From positions 1 to 28,261 of the IMG/VR virus record IMGVR_UViG_3300032290_000281: DNA of 28,261 nt, one strand, 5' to 3'. Each line of letters starts with the position of its first letter. Position 1 is the first letter of the stretch. The DNA comes from a virus (taxonomy: Duplodnaviria > Caudoviricetes). Under the pieces are notes generated by a model. The model searched no databases, was not told the origin of the DNA, and worked only from the letters and a program-made list of their open reading frames with translations. This document shows positions 15,235 to 24,289 of this stretch, piece after piece. Position numbers and translations under genes: made by a program.

Positions 15235-17874
15235 AATGAAATACCATTTATTAAGCGCGCCACAAATTAAAGTACGTGTAGCTAGTGGTGCTATAGTTAT
15301 AGTTGCAGCGGACCCGTCTATAGTTGAACCGTTAACGTTTAAGAAGGTGTTATAGTCTGTAGACTTAATTACTAAAACTTGACCTATTACAGACGTCGTA
15401 GGAAGGTAAACCGTAATTGCTGCAGGTGGCGTAGCTATTAAACAATAGTCGTCTGTAGTTATATAGTAGTCCGCGTCAATATTTAGGACCTTAAACACTA
15501 CGCTTCCGAAAAGGTTAAGAGCTGTAATATTAGCGACATCTGTAGTTATTCTATTTGTCGCTATACCTGTTTGGTCCAGGACTTTATTGTTACCTACTAT
15601 AATACCATTAACACCAGGTTGTATAACGTTACCCTGGCCGTAAATTGCACTAACAGAAGTAGACGGTACCGTATTGCCGACAAAACTATTATCCCAATGT
15701 ATACTGCCAGTATGAGTAGATAGGTCGCCTACCGTCGTAGGTGTTACGCGTCCTTTCTTAAATGGTGCTAGATCTATTTCCGTGTCCGCTGACATTAACT
15801 CTACTTTCGTTAAGTTGTTCGCGTTGCAGTCGTAGTCTATAACCTTGTTAATGGTCCACCAACTATTGTCTATTCGTATCTTAGAATTTAACTTTAGACT
15901 TTGTATGTCGTCTTCGCGTAGGTTAAAATACGCCGTTAGCATCTTACCTACGTTTATTTGATTTACCGTACGTCGCCAATATAAGTTATATAGGTTGTTA
16001 TTCGTTACGCTATAACCTTCGTAGAACATGTAGTCTGGTTGTGCAAATAGAATATCGAACGTAGGGTTAACGGGGTTGTCCCAATGGTGCAAAATTGGGT
16101 AGGTCGTTACGTTCGTTTCGCCTGTCGTTCCATAGTTATACAAGTTGTAGGCGTCACACGTTCCTACACCACCGTCGTGTAAAATTCGTATGTTAACTTT
16201 AGGCGCGCCTGACAAAGTAGGAAGGTAAGCGTCAAAGGTACTCTTTACAATTGGCGTTGGACTGAAAAGAATTTCCTTGACATCTATTCCCTTAACGTAC
16301 TCATTGTCGAACACGTACTCTAGCTGTCCGTAAATTTCCTTAGTCGCTTCAAAGTAAATTTTATTGGGGTCGTCGCTGTCGTTCTTATAGGTTAGTATTA
16401 ACTTCTTCGCGCTTAGTTCCGGAAGGAAGTTTAACGTTTGGTCTTTGTCTTTGGCTAACTTATAGGTCCAGTCTATTTCTGCGCCGCTGTCGTAGTAGTC
16501 ATCGCGGTGCATAAGAATAAGATTGTTAGGTATTTCGTTGTCCTGTTCGACGTACAGGTTATACATGGTAAAAATAGACTTAATAAAGTCCGCTTGTTTC
16601 ACCTTGTTAGGTACCGCGTTGTTCATGTCAATTACGGCGCCATAACCTAGAATATTAGACGACGGTAGTATACGTACTTGCAGGTTAGTAAAGTCGCATG
16701 TAGTAATTATAGGCGTAGGTACACCACCTGCAAACCAAGTAGTACCTATATTCATTGAACACCCACCTAACAGATCTAGCGTGTCCGTAGTAATTACGTT
16801 ACTAACTAACAAAGTCACTGTACCCGAAACGGTCCCCATTAAAGTAGTTCCGTTTGGTATAAACGAAAAGAACGAAACAGGTACCCCTTGCGGCGTTGCT
16901 GAAATAGAGTATAAAGTCCCGTTTTTATTTACTGCAAAAATTGGTGAATAAGTCGTAGAACCAGACTGCAAAAAAGCAAATAGGCCACTAGAATTAGTTA
17001 GGCTAATTTCTGCGGTGTAGTTTATTTCTATTGCTATATTTTCGCCACCCTGCAGGTTTAATGGTACGTCGTATACGCCCGTCGTAGGGTTAAATAAATT
17101 AAACGCGTCTTGTGTTTCAGTCCACCCCGTCAATGGGTCGTAGAACGTAGTAGAACCACCCGAAGTTACTATAGAGTTTGTGGCGTCCACTAAGTAGTCG
17201 TTGTAATCTACTAGGTTAGCTTCGCCGTTAAAAGGTATAATAAGTTTGTCGAAGTGTGCGGCCGTCAACGTGTCCCAAGTATAGCTAAACCCTGCGTTAC
17301 TAAAGATACGGTCGAAATACGTCTTAGCATAAATGGCAGGTTTAAGTTCCTGCAATAGGTAGCTATTCGTGTCCTTAAATGGTAGTAGGTATTTATAGCC
17401 GTCTACCTGCGTATTGTCGTAGCTGTCTATTACATTTTCCGCGCGGTATTCGTGGTTAAGGTCGCTAAAGTCTAGATCTGTTAGTTCTTTATTTCCTAGC
17501 TTAGTGTAGAAGTCGCTACTTTCATCTTTAATTAGTACTTCGTATTCTACTTCGTTTTCGTAGTCCGCGGTTACTTGCGACTTGTTAATAGATATTAGCT
17601 GTAGGTAGCCGCTTTCAAGTACAGGTATACCGTTCTGTATTACGCTGCATCTAGTCAACGTGTTTATGTTAAACGTCCCTGCCTGTATGTTTACGTCGTA
17701 GTAGTGGTTTAATAAGTTGTGGTTATTGTCCGTTCCGGTTAAGGTAATGGTCTTACTAAACGCTCCCGACTTTTTAGATACGTCGCGTATGTCAGCTACA
17801 CCAAAATTTAAAGGGAAGGCCGTACCTTCTTTAACGTCCAGGTAGCCTGTCTCTAGTTGTATTTTTACATTCAT
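15232..17874 (-). CDS. Tail tip / baseplate hub-like protein with C-terminal fibre domain
   Basis: 880 aa; LDV...PLNF..ADIRD...FSKTITL.GT..N N-terminus; beta-rich; C-terminal ITVYLP...GQVLVIK...IDG...KWY module. Confidence 0.7.
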   Translation of the reverse strand: MNVKIQLETGYLDVKEGTAFPLNFGVADIRDVSKKSGAFSKTITLTGTDNNHNLLNHYYDVNIQAGTFNINTLTRCSVIQNGIPVLESGYLQLISINKSQVTADYENEVEYEVLIKDESSDFYTKLGNKELTDLDFSDLNHEYRAENVIDSYDNTQVDGYKYLLPFKDTNSYLLQELKPAIYAKTYFDRIFSNAGFSYTWDTLTAAHFDKLIIPFNGEANLVDYNDYLVDATNSIVTSGGSTTFYDPLTGWTETQDAFNLFNPTTGVYDVPLNLQGGENIAIEINYTAEISLTNSSGLFAFLQSGSTTYSPIFAVNKNGTLYSISATPQGVPVSFFSFIPNGTTLMGTVSGTVTLLVSNVITTDTLDLLGGCSMNIGTTWFAGGVPTPIITTCDFTNLQVRILPSSNILGYGAVIDMNNAVPNKVKQADFIKSIFTMYNLYVEQDNEIPNNLILMHRDDYYDSGAEIDWTYKLAKDKDQTLNFLPELSAKKLILTYKNDSDDPNKIYFEATKEIYGQLEYVFDNEYVKGIDVKEILFSPTPIVKSTFDAYLPTLSGAPKVNIRILHDGGVGTCDAYNLYNYGTTGETNVTTYPILHHWDNPVNPTFDILFAQPDYMFYEGYSVTNNNLYNLYWRRTVNQINVGKMLTAYFNLREDDIQSLKLNSKIRIDNSWWTINKVIDYDCNANNLTKVELMSADTEIDLAPFKKGRVTPTTVGDLSTHTGSIHWDNSFVGNTVPSTSVSAIYGQGNVIQPGVNGIIVGNNKVLDQTGIATNRITTDVANITALNLFGSVVFKVLNIDADYYITTDDYCLIATPPAAITVYLPTTSVIGQVLVIKSTDYNTFLNVNGSTIDGSAATITIAPLATRTLICGALNKWYFI

Positions 17875-19274
17875 ATATTTACCTTATCCTGGTTCGCCAA
17901 CTTAATAGTAACCGTTTTTCTAAATAGGTTCTTATTGCGCTTCTTTTCTACTTCAAACGAATTGTCCATAACTTGACATGCTAGGTATTCTTCGCCGTTC
18001 CAAAAGTAAACAGAAGGGGAGCTAATAAGTTCCTGAAAGTATACGGCCATTTCTTCTGTTATCCAGTTACTATTTAGCGTGAACGTTTTTTCTACTACAC
18101 TAGAGTAAGTGGTTAGGCCTGCTTCTGTATTGTCGTAGGTCCATTGACCGTCTGCAACGTAGCCTTGCACGTCTTTGTTAAACGCTTGTTTAGTGGCCGT
18201 ACCGTTTTCAGTATAGCGAAGTTGGAAGGCAAAACTACCCCACGACCCCATGCGGTCCAGGAAGGTTAAATGAAAGTCATTTATTGCGCAACGCTGATCT
18301 ATAGTAAACCGCCATGTAGCACTATCTGTTGGCACGTCCGCGTCTATAAAATAAACGTCGTAGTAGGTCGTGTCGTCTTTAACCAATGGTAACGTACCGC
18401 TTAGTTCTTCTAACGTCATTCTACCTGCTACCTTTAGTTGGGTAGTTATTTCTGTATTGGTAACGTCATACTTAAAGACGTCGCCGTTAGAGTTAGTAAA
18501 AATCATTTTACCGCTTACGCCTAAATTCATACCGTTAAACCAAAGGTCCTGCGTTGGTGTTATGACCATACCAGACTGCGGACATGAAGTTAGAAACAGC
18601 GCCGAAGGGTTGTCTAAAACATAGGTAAGTAGGTTATAGGTGTTAAACATTTTCCATGGCAAAGCACCATTGAACACCCACTTGTTTAACTCTTCTTCAA
18701 TGTCACGTGTCACGGTCTTACGTTTGTCCGCGTAGGTTACCGTACCATTTTCTGTAGGGTCCACCACGTTAGACCATAGCGCACTAATAGTTAGGTCCGT
18801 CGTTCCTGTTACAGCTATAACGGTCCATAGTCCAGTTATTAGAGTATTGGTACCTGCATCTACTACTACCTGGTCGCCTACGTTAAACGTGTGCGCAGCC
18901 GTTGGTGTTATCTTTACATTGCCGCCATTGTTAGTTAGCGTGGCCGTATAGTTGTAGGTTACTATATACTCTTCGCCTACCTTAACGTCGTATTCGTACC
19001 TGGTGTTTGGGGTGTCCGCTTCCGAGTAGTTAGTAGGAAAAAAGTCTACAGAAACTTTTGAGCTTAATAACTTGCTTAGATCTACTTCGCCGTAACCAGT
19101 TCCGTATGTTGGTAGTACACGGTATTCTGCTATCTTATTCGCGGTGCCTGCTTCGTAAATGTCGAATATATATCTAAACCCTTCGTTGTTCTTATTGGTC
19201 GAATTGTAGATAAACTTACAAGGGTTGTAAGCAGGCGTGAAGTCCTGCGGTGCTGCTATTAGTGTCATTGCCAT
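17871..19274 (-). CDS. Distal tail / structural protein
   Basis: 467 aa; FLDRMGSW.SF.F, TLNSNWI.E, ELISSPSVY; precedes the tail tip gene. Confidence 0.65.
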   Translation of the reverse strand: MAMTLIAAPQDFTPAYNPCKFIYNSTNKNNEGFRYIFDIYEAGTANKIAEYRVLPTYGTGYGEVDLSKLLSSKVSVDFFPTNYSEADTPNTRYEYDVKVGEEYIVTYNYTATLTNNGGNVKITPTAAHTFNVGDQVVVDAGTNTLITGLWTVIAVTGTTDLTISALWSNVVDPTENGTVTYADKRKTVTRDIEEELNKWVFNGALPWKMFNTYNLLTYVLDNPSALFLTSCPQSGMVITPTQDLWFNGMNLGVSGKMIFTNSNGDVFKYDVTNTEITTQLKVAGRMTLEELSGTLPLVKDDTTYYDVYFIDADVPTDSATWRFTIDQRCAINDFHLTFLDRMGSWGSFAFQLRYTENGTATKQAFNKDVQGYVADGQWTYDNTEAGLTTYSSVVEKTFTLNSNWITEEMAVYFQELISSPSVYFWNGEEYLACQVMDNSFEVEKKRNKNLFRKTVTIKLANQDKVNI

Positions 19275-19275
19275 A

Positions 19276-19307
19276 CCTTAAAAAGTAACGCGTCCGTCTT
19301 TTGGTTA
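19276..19307 (-). promoter_or_regulatory. Putative phage late promoter (TAACCAA-N13-TACTT)
   Basis: TAACCAA-AAGACGGACGCGT-TACTTTTTAAGG-T-ATG; the TAA is the terminase stop codon. Confidence 0.7.
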
Positions 19308-20456
19308 GAAGGCCACGTAACCGTCGTCCGTATAGTACATTTCTTTTATAAAGGTCGTAGCGTACCGGACCGCGTCCATGGCGTCGTCGTATAGCTTAAC
19401 AGGTTCGTCTAGAATAAGGTCGCCTACCTTCTTCCATTTGTAGTTGTCGTATTCCTTTTTTATGTTAGGTTCATCTTCGCAAAATACGCCGAAAGTCTTA
19501 ACGTAGTTTATACCCATTTTCACGACCTTGTTTGCGTTGTTTACGTTATACCCTGCGTTCTGCATCTCAGCTATTATTTCGGGCCGCGAGTAGTCCGCTA
19601 GTATGTCTACCGTCTTTTCAATGTCCATGTCTTTAAACTTTTCTATTAGCTCAGAAGTCGTTAGGTAGCTTTGGTATATTACAGGCTCAATGTAAACGTC
19701 ACCGTCCGACCAATAGACGCGCACTAACGCGGTGGGGTGGTTATACCCGAAGTCCAACCCGTAGACGTAGTTAGTAAACCTTCCTGGTCTACTCTTAGTA
19801 AATGTCCAGTTGTTGTATATATTGCTTTTACTTATAGCCTTTTCACCTAACGCGTAAATTTGGTATAGCGCTTCGTCAGTTCGTTTAAGGTCTTCTATCT
19901 GTCGCTTAATACTTTCGGGCAGGAACGGGTTGTCTTTGTAGGTGGACTTAATAAGCGTACTTTCATGCGGCGGTAGTTCATACAACCAGGAAGAAGAGTC
20001 CGAAGGGTTATAGTCGAAAATTAGCTTGTCTTCCGTACGCATGTTTAATTGCTGAAAGTCTTCGAACCATAACTCGTTAGCTTCGTTGCACCACCCAATA
20101 TCTCGTTTACGGCCGCGTATCTTTTGCTCGTCGTCCACGCTAAAAAATTCTACTATAGATCCGTTAGGGAACCTATAAATATTTTCGGACATGTTATGGT
20201 TTGACTTTTCGTAAATGTCCAGGTCCTTAAGTATTTCGAAGAAGTCACGCATGACCGTAGCGCGCAGTGCAGGGAACGTCTTACGTACTATACTTACTAC
20301 CTTGTTGGGGTTTTGTATACAGTACACTATAACCATTTGACATAGGCTATAGGTCTTAGACGAACGGCTACCCCCCTCGTTGACTATAAACCTAACTTCG
20401 CGGTTAGTCAGCGCGTCCCAATTTCTCGCAAAGATATTAGTTGCCTGAATTTCCAT
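19305..20456 (-). CDS. terL: Terminase large subunit (PBSX/XtmB-type)
   Basis: Walker A GGSRSSKT, Walker B WCNEANE, DYNP, nuclease GLDFGYNHPTA and DDAMDAVRY. Confidence 0.95.
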   Translation of the reverse strand: MEIQATNIFARNWDALTNREVRFIVNEGGSRSSKTYSLCQMVIVYCIQNPNKVVSIVRKTFPALRATVMRDFFEILKDLDIYEKSNHNMSENIYRFPNGSIVEFFSVDDEQKIRGRKRDIGWCNEANELWFEDFQQLNMRTEDKLIFDYNPSDSSSWLYELPPHESTLIKSTYKDNPFLPESIKRQIEDLKRTDEALYQIYALGEKAISKSNIYNNWTFTKSRPGRFTNYVYGLDFGYNHPTALVRVYWSDGDVYIEPVIYQSYLTTSELIEKFKDMDIEKTVDILADYSRPEIIAEMQNAGYNVNNANKVVKMGINYVKTFGVFCEDEPNIKKEYDNYKWKKVGDLILDEPVKLYDDAMDAVRYATTFIKEMYYTDDGYVAF

Positions 20457-20859
20457 TAACTATCTTAACGGTTACAGGTTGGTTCATTTTGTCCCCTCCG
20501 GTAGTTACGTCCGTCTTTTCGGTTAGGCCATTAAGTCGTGCTACGATATTGTTATTGTATTGGCCAATTAAAGCACCTTCTATTTGGTCCTGGCGTATCT
20601 CTTCCTTTATGCGCGTAACGGTGCTTACATACGCAGAATATTCACCCCCCACATTATAGAAGTATCGGTTAATATCTGACCCTGCCCTATTACAAAACGT
20701 CTTAAACCCGTCAATGGTTAACGGCGGTGTATGCTCTTCGTATACTACGCCTTTGTTCGTGGCCTTTGGTATACGTCTTACTCTTCCTTTTGTAGCTTCT
20801 ATATACGCGTTAAATAGTTCATATAGGTCTTCTGGTTCTTTTAGGTATTTACTTTTCAT
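20437..20859 (-). CDS. terS: Terminase small subunit (P22 gp3-like DNA packaging protein)
   Basis: PLTIDGF...RIKEEI..DQIEGA..G.YN.NI.ARL.GL.EK; overlaps the terL start. Confidence 0.8.
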   Translation of the reverse strand: MKSKYLKEPEDLYELFNAYIEATKGRVRRIPKATNKGVVYEEHTPPLTIDGFKTFCNRAGSDINRYFYNVGGEYSAYVSTVTRIKEEIRQDQIEGALIGQYNNNIVARLNGLTEKTDVTTGGDKMNQPVTVKIVNGNSGN

Positions 20860-21046
20860 CTTTATTCGTCTTTTTAATGAAATGGTCTAAAAATTCGTCT
20901 TCGCTTATTTGCTCCAAACATAGCAGGCCGTCAGCGTCCGTAAGATAGAGTATAACATGATCGCCATTAGACTTTAGGTTCTTTTCAAGTGCCACGGCGA
21001 ACGCTGTCATGTTCTTACCAGTATCTAGTAGGTAGTACTTAGCCAT
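20849..21046 (-). CDS. Hypothetical phage protein
   Basis: 65-aa ORF in the operon. Confidence 0.65.
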   Translation of the reverse strand: MAKYYLLDTGKNMTAFAVALEKNLKSNGDHVILYLTDADGLLCLEQISEDEFLDHFIKKTNKDEK

Positions 21047-21509
21047 TTGTGAATAGTTTACCTACGGTCCCTAGTTCGTTAATTACGTCAGGGTTATTGT
21101 CGTAGTGGGTTTGTATACCTAGTTCTTTTATCTTTTCGACTTTGGCCTTATTGCTTCCTGTAGCGTATATTCTGCTTTCAGGTATTCCTAACGCCTTAGC
21201 AGTATTTAACATTCTGTCTATACTTCTTCTAGCTGAAATAATATAAACCGTGTTTCCGTCGCTTATTTTGCGTTTAGCTAGTTCCTTACCTTTTTCAGTG
21301 CTTAAAACGTCGTCGTAATCAAACGAAATTTTTTCATTTACAAAGGCTTGTTTATACCGTTCAATTATATTCATTCGTGTTTCTGTCCAGGTGCTTTCAC
21401 AAACGGCGTAACGTTGCGCTTCATCTGGGAACGACGTCTTACTTTCGCTGTCGTCCATACAACGTGTTATGAAGTCGTCGTGTGTTTCGTTTGGGTTAGG
21501 CTTAGGCAT
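21039..21509 (-). CDS. HAD-superfamily-like protein with a small Cys-containing N-terminal module
   Basis: Motif I SFDYDDVL, motif II IISAR, conserved K, motif IV HYDNN; N-terminal PKP.PNE...FI.RCM...QRYAVC. Confidence 0.65.
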   Translation of the reverse strand: MPKPNPNETHDDFITRCMDDSESKTSFPDEAQRYAVCESTWTETRMNIIERYKQAFVNEKISFDYDDVLSTEKGKELAKRKISDGNTVYIISARRSIDRMLNTAKALGIPESRIYATGSNKAKVEKIKELGIQTHYDNNPDVINELGTVGKLFTNG

Positions 21510-21672
21510 GGTCCGAAGTTTCGCCTGTTAAGGCAATTAAATAACATAGATAGCTAATTAAAGACCACCCCGAAAACTGCATAGCGTGTGTAGCGTCGTT
21601 GTAAATTAGACTTAGTGCCGCAACGAATACTAAACAGGCTACCAGGAAGGCGAATAAGTGGCTTAACTTCAT
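21502..21672 (-). CDS. Small two-pass membrane protein (56 aa)
   Basis: Manual translation MKLSHLFAFLVACLVFVAALSLIYNDATHAMQFSGWSLISYLCYLIALTGETSDHA; overlaps both neighbours. Confidence 0.65.
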   Translation of the reverse strand: MKLSHLFAFLVACLVFVAALSLIYNDATHAMQFSGWSLISYLCYLIALTGETSDHA

Positions 21673-21896
21673 TTTCTTTTGCGTTTAGGTTTAGGTTGTT
21701 CTACACCTTCGTAGGCTATAGTAGGTAGTTCCGTCTTTTCAACGACCTCATCGAAGTATTTACCCAAGTTCAACCCCCACTTTTTCGCGGTCTCAATGTC
21801 CTTTTCGGTAAGCTCTTCTATTTTCTTCGTTATACGCACTTCGCCTAACGTGTATTCTACGCTGACGTCTTTATATTGGTTCTTTATCTTTAACAT
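21669..21896 (-). CDS. Hypothetical phage protein
   Basis: 75 aa with a basic C-terminus. Confidence 0.65.
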   Translation of the reverse strand: MLKIKNQYKDVSVEYTLGEVRITKKIEELTEKDIETAKKWGLNLGKYFDEVVEKTELPTIAYEGVEQPKPKRKRK

Positions 21897-22374
21897 AGTT
21901 TCTAAATTTTTCCTTTATGTCGTTAATGTAAATAAGCGCACTTGACGGGTCAATGTTAAAATGGTCCGCAAGGTCGCGTTTTGTCCGTTTACCCTTGTCA
22001 AAATAGACCTCAAAAATAATTTGATCTACGCGGTTTAACGTATTTACAAAATCCGATATATCTATTTTAAGTAGTAGGTTGTCTGTTTGGTTATTCGTGT
22101 CTGAAATGTCAAAGTCTAGATCTACCGGGTTAAGTCGTTCCTTTAGGTTCGTTTGTGAATTGGTTCTTATTAACTCTAACAGTATAAACCCGAAGGCTAA
22201 ACGCGGTATTTCATCTTCTGTAATGGTGTCAACTTTGCCTACTACGTACAGGTAGGAAGAAGATACTAAACTTTCAGGCTCTATATTTTTCTTTAGTTGC
22301 GTTATTCGTCTTTTCGCAGCTAAAACAAGCGTGTTATAGTTGTCACTATAGAATTTATCTATTGTAGCCTTCAT
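21871..22374 (-). CDS. ECF-like RNA polymerase sigma factor (putative late sigma)
   Basis: Region 2-like FY...Y..L...A......E.LVS..YL; region 4-like LNRVDQIIFEVYF.KG.T.RDLA..FNI..SS....I..IK; 167 aa. Confidence 0.65.
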   Translation of the reverse strand: MKATIDKFYSDNYNTLVLAAKRRITQLKKNIEPESLVSSSYLYVVGKVDTITEDEIPRLAFGFILLELIRTNSQTNLKERLNPVDLDFDISDTNNQTDNLLLKIDISDFVNTLNRVDQIIFEVYFDKGKRTKRDLADHFNIDPSSALIYINDIKEKFRNYVKDKEPI

Positions 22375-22558
22375 ACCATTCTAAAAAGTCCTTAGCGTAT
22401 ATCCTACGCTGCACTGACGAACACATGCAATAGTTAACGGTTCTGTCGGCGTACTTGTTATAGACGTCTCTAACGCGGACAATAGTAACCTTATTAACCT
22501 TACCTGCGTTAAATTCGTCTTTTAGCTGCTCAAATAGGCTTATTTCCTGCGGCTCCAT
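22355..22558 (-). CDS. Hypothetical phage protein
   Basis: 67 aa with a CxC motif. Confidence 0.65.
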   Translation of the reverse strand: MEPQEISLFEQLKDEFNAGKVNKVTIVRVRDVYNKYADRTVNYCMCSSVQRRIYAKDFLEWYEGYNR

Positions 22559-22797
22559 ACTTCATGTACCATTTGAAGTCCAAAAACAATAAACGAAGAC
22601 ACTACCGCCTTTTCAAAAGACCAGGTAATAGCCAACGCGGACCAGAACGTGCAGCACTGCCAACACTCTAAAGACCCGAAAATGTATTCTACAATAGGCC
22701 GCGGCTTCATTTTGGTGTATAACCAGTCAGCTATAAACTTAAACGGTTCAAACTCTTGAATAAACCACCCTAACGCAATTAAAAAAAGATACTCCAT
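22540..22797 (-). CDS. Small membrane protein with CxxC..FW motif
   Basis: LECWQCCTFWSAL flanked by hydrophobic segments; first gene after the 22814 promoter. Confidence 0.65.
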   Translation of the reverse strand: MEYLFLIALGWFIQEFEPFKFIADWLYTKMKPRPIVEYIFGSLECWQCCTFWSALAITWSFEKAVVSSFIVFGLQMVHEVWSRRK

Positions 22798-22813
22798 TTG
22801 TTTAAATTTTAAT

Positions 22814-22840
22814 CAAATATACGATTATTTTTTAACCAAA
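22814..22840 (-). promoter_or_regulatory. Bacteroidota-type promoter for the sigma/terminase operon
   Basis: TTTGGTTAAAAAATAATCG-TATATTTG, 16 nt before ATG 22797. Confidence 0.7.
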
Positions 22841-22863
22841 GAAAAAACAGCTATTTACTGCCA

Positions 22864-23325
22864 TTAAAATTTAGTTAATAGTTCTCTACTTAAAAAATAT
22901 CCTTTACCATGTCCTAAGTCTTTAATATTTTCTTCTTTGATTAAGTCACATTTATAGGCCCACCCAATAAATTCAACTAGATCTTCATCTACATAGGCTA
23001 AAATATACACGTCTATATCATTATTTACCTTTAAGGTGCTTAATAAATTGCCGTTTTTATGCTTTGTAGACTTTATGTCATACCTAAAACCTTTTGGCGT
23101 TACACCGTCGTAGCTACCACTTCGTGGACTTAAACCAAAGTCAGGAAAAACGTTAATGTATTTAGCAAACGCAAATTCGGCTTTAAAACCCTGTATGTCT
23201 GCATCTACTCCGTCTTGCGTTCCAATTTTGGCGTCAAATACATTATTTGAACGTGCTATATTAGACCTTTGTTTACCTATATATTCACATAGATCTAATT
23301 CGTGTTTATCTAATTTTATTTTCAT
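22864..23325 (-). CDS. Hypothetical protein, possible PD-(D/E)XK nuclease fold
   Basis: G..AE.AFA...YD......YDIKST pattern; AT-rich. Confidence 0.5.
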   Translation of the reverse strand: MKIKLDKHELDLCEYIGKQRSNIARSNNVFDAKIGTQDGVDADIQGFKAEFAFAKYINVFPDFGLSPRSGSYDGVTPKGFRYDIKSTKHKNGNLLSTLKVNNDIDVYILAYVDEDLVEFIGWAYKCDLIKEENIKDLGHGKGYFLSRELLTKF

Positions 23326-23349
23326 AGTAAGTAAATTAAAAACCCCAAC

Positions 23350-23472
23350 TTATTCGTCAGGGTTTAAACGCTCAAAAGGCGGTAGTTGAAAGATATAACG
23401 ACAAATGTCTATTTTAGTTCGTCTTTTCGTCCTATAGTTGCGGTGGTTTTTATCTATCTTCCTTCGCTTCAT
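23350..23472 (-). CDS. Small basic protein (40 aa)
   Basis: Manual translation MKRRKIDKNHRNYRTKRRTKIDICRYIFQLPPFERLNPDE; fills an operon gap. Confidence 0.5.
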   Translation of the reverse strand: MKRRKIDKNHRNYRTKRRTKIDICRYIFQLPPFERLNPDE

Positions 23473-23671
23473 AACGTCCGTCTATTAGTGCATGCGCTAT
23501 ACGTTCTACAGTGGTCGTGTTTAGGCCGCCTTCGTTGTTTAGTAATTTCTTTACCTGTGAAAACTGCACTTTAGATCTTCGGCAAAACGACCGCATACTT
23601 TCAGTTTCTAAACGGACACTAATAGCTTCCCGTAAGAAGCTATTTAGTCCTGTTAGTTCAGCTACCCTCAA
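23450..23671 (-). CDS. Cro/CI-type HTH DNA-binding protein
   Basis: SMRSFCRRSKVQFSQVKKLLN.....TTVERIAHAL, XRE-like pattern. Confidence 0.65.
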   Translation of the reverse strand: MRVAELTGLNSFLREAISVRLETESMRSFCRRSKVQFSQVKKLLNNEGGLNTTTVERIAHALIDGRYEAKEDR

Positions 23672-23907
23672 AACGGAAGACCTGAAGAGTTAGCAATTTT
23701 TTCGCTGGTGTTCTGCGGTTCGGGTTTAAAAGGAGTTGACACCTTCAAAGACAAAAATTGTCCGTTTTTACCTTCTTTTACCCAACCTGCTAGGTCATAG
23801 TCCACACCGTTAATGTTAATCTTACCCTTGTAGTTAGGGTGTTTGTCTTCTGTTTTGTTGTTGTTTGTGAACAATACACCGCTGTTCGTGTTGTCGTAGT
23901 TATTCAT
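23668..23907 (-). CDS. Small ssDNA-binding-like protein
   Basis: GVLF.N..K...HP.Y.G.I...G......W....K.G.FLSL.V with an LPF C-terminus; in the recombination operon. Confidence 0.6.
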   Translation of the reverse strand: MNNYDNTNSGVLFTNNNKTEDKHPNYKGKININGVDYDLAGWVKEGKNGQFLSLKVSTPFKPEPQNTSEKIANSSGLPF

Positions 23908-23913
23908 ACTTGT

Positions 23914-24111
23914 TTATTTATTGGTTTTAATTTGCTCTTTAATTCGTTCTAAGTATAGGCATAGGTCCATAGCTTCTTCCTGGGCATGCTGTAACCAGTC
24001 TAAAGTTTCTAGATCTGTACGTTCTAAATTGGTTCCGTATTTTTCTAGACCCTTTTCGCTACGGTCTAACATTTGGTGCAGGACCTGCATAACTATTTTA
24101 TCTGTTTTCAT
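23914..24111 (-). CDS. Conserved small helical phage protein (possible nucleotide pyrophosphohydrolase-like)
   Basis: RS..G..KYG..L.R.DL...WLQHAQEE.MD...YLE. Confidence 0.55.
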   Translation of the reverse strand: MKTDKIVMQVLHQMLDRSEKGLEKYGTNLERTDLETLDWLQHAQEEAMDLCLYLERIKEQIKTNK

Positions 24112-24289
24112 CTGTTTTATATTTTTCTTTGTATAAATTCATTACTAAATTCCAAAATCTAAGGTTTTTACCACCGCATATATTCATTGCTATTTCTTCC
24201 CATATTTCATGTTTACGTGCAAATTTGCTTTTCCATGTTCGGTTTTTATATTCTATTCGTTCAAGTTCTTTTTGTGCTAATTCTTTCAT
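24098..24289 (-). CDS. Hypothetical protein (AT-rich)
   Basis: 63 aa, overlaps neighbours. Confidence 0.55.
   Translation of the reverse strand: MKELAQKELERIEYKNRTWKSKFARKHEIWEEIAMNICGGKNLRFWNLVMNLYKEKYKTDENR

Noticed and set aside
22833-22857. Fifth late promoter on the plus strand
   Set aside because: TAACCAA is present, but TACTT is absent at the 13-nt spacing and no plus-strand gene follows.
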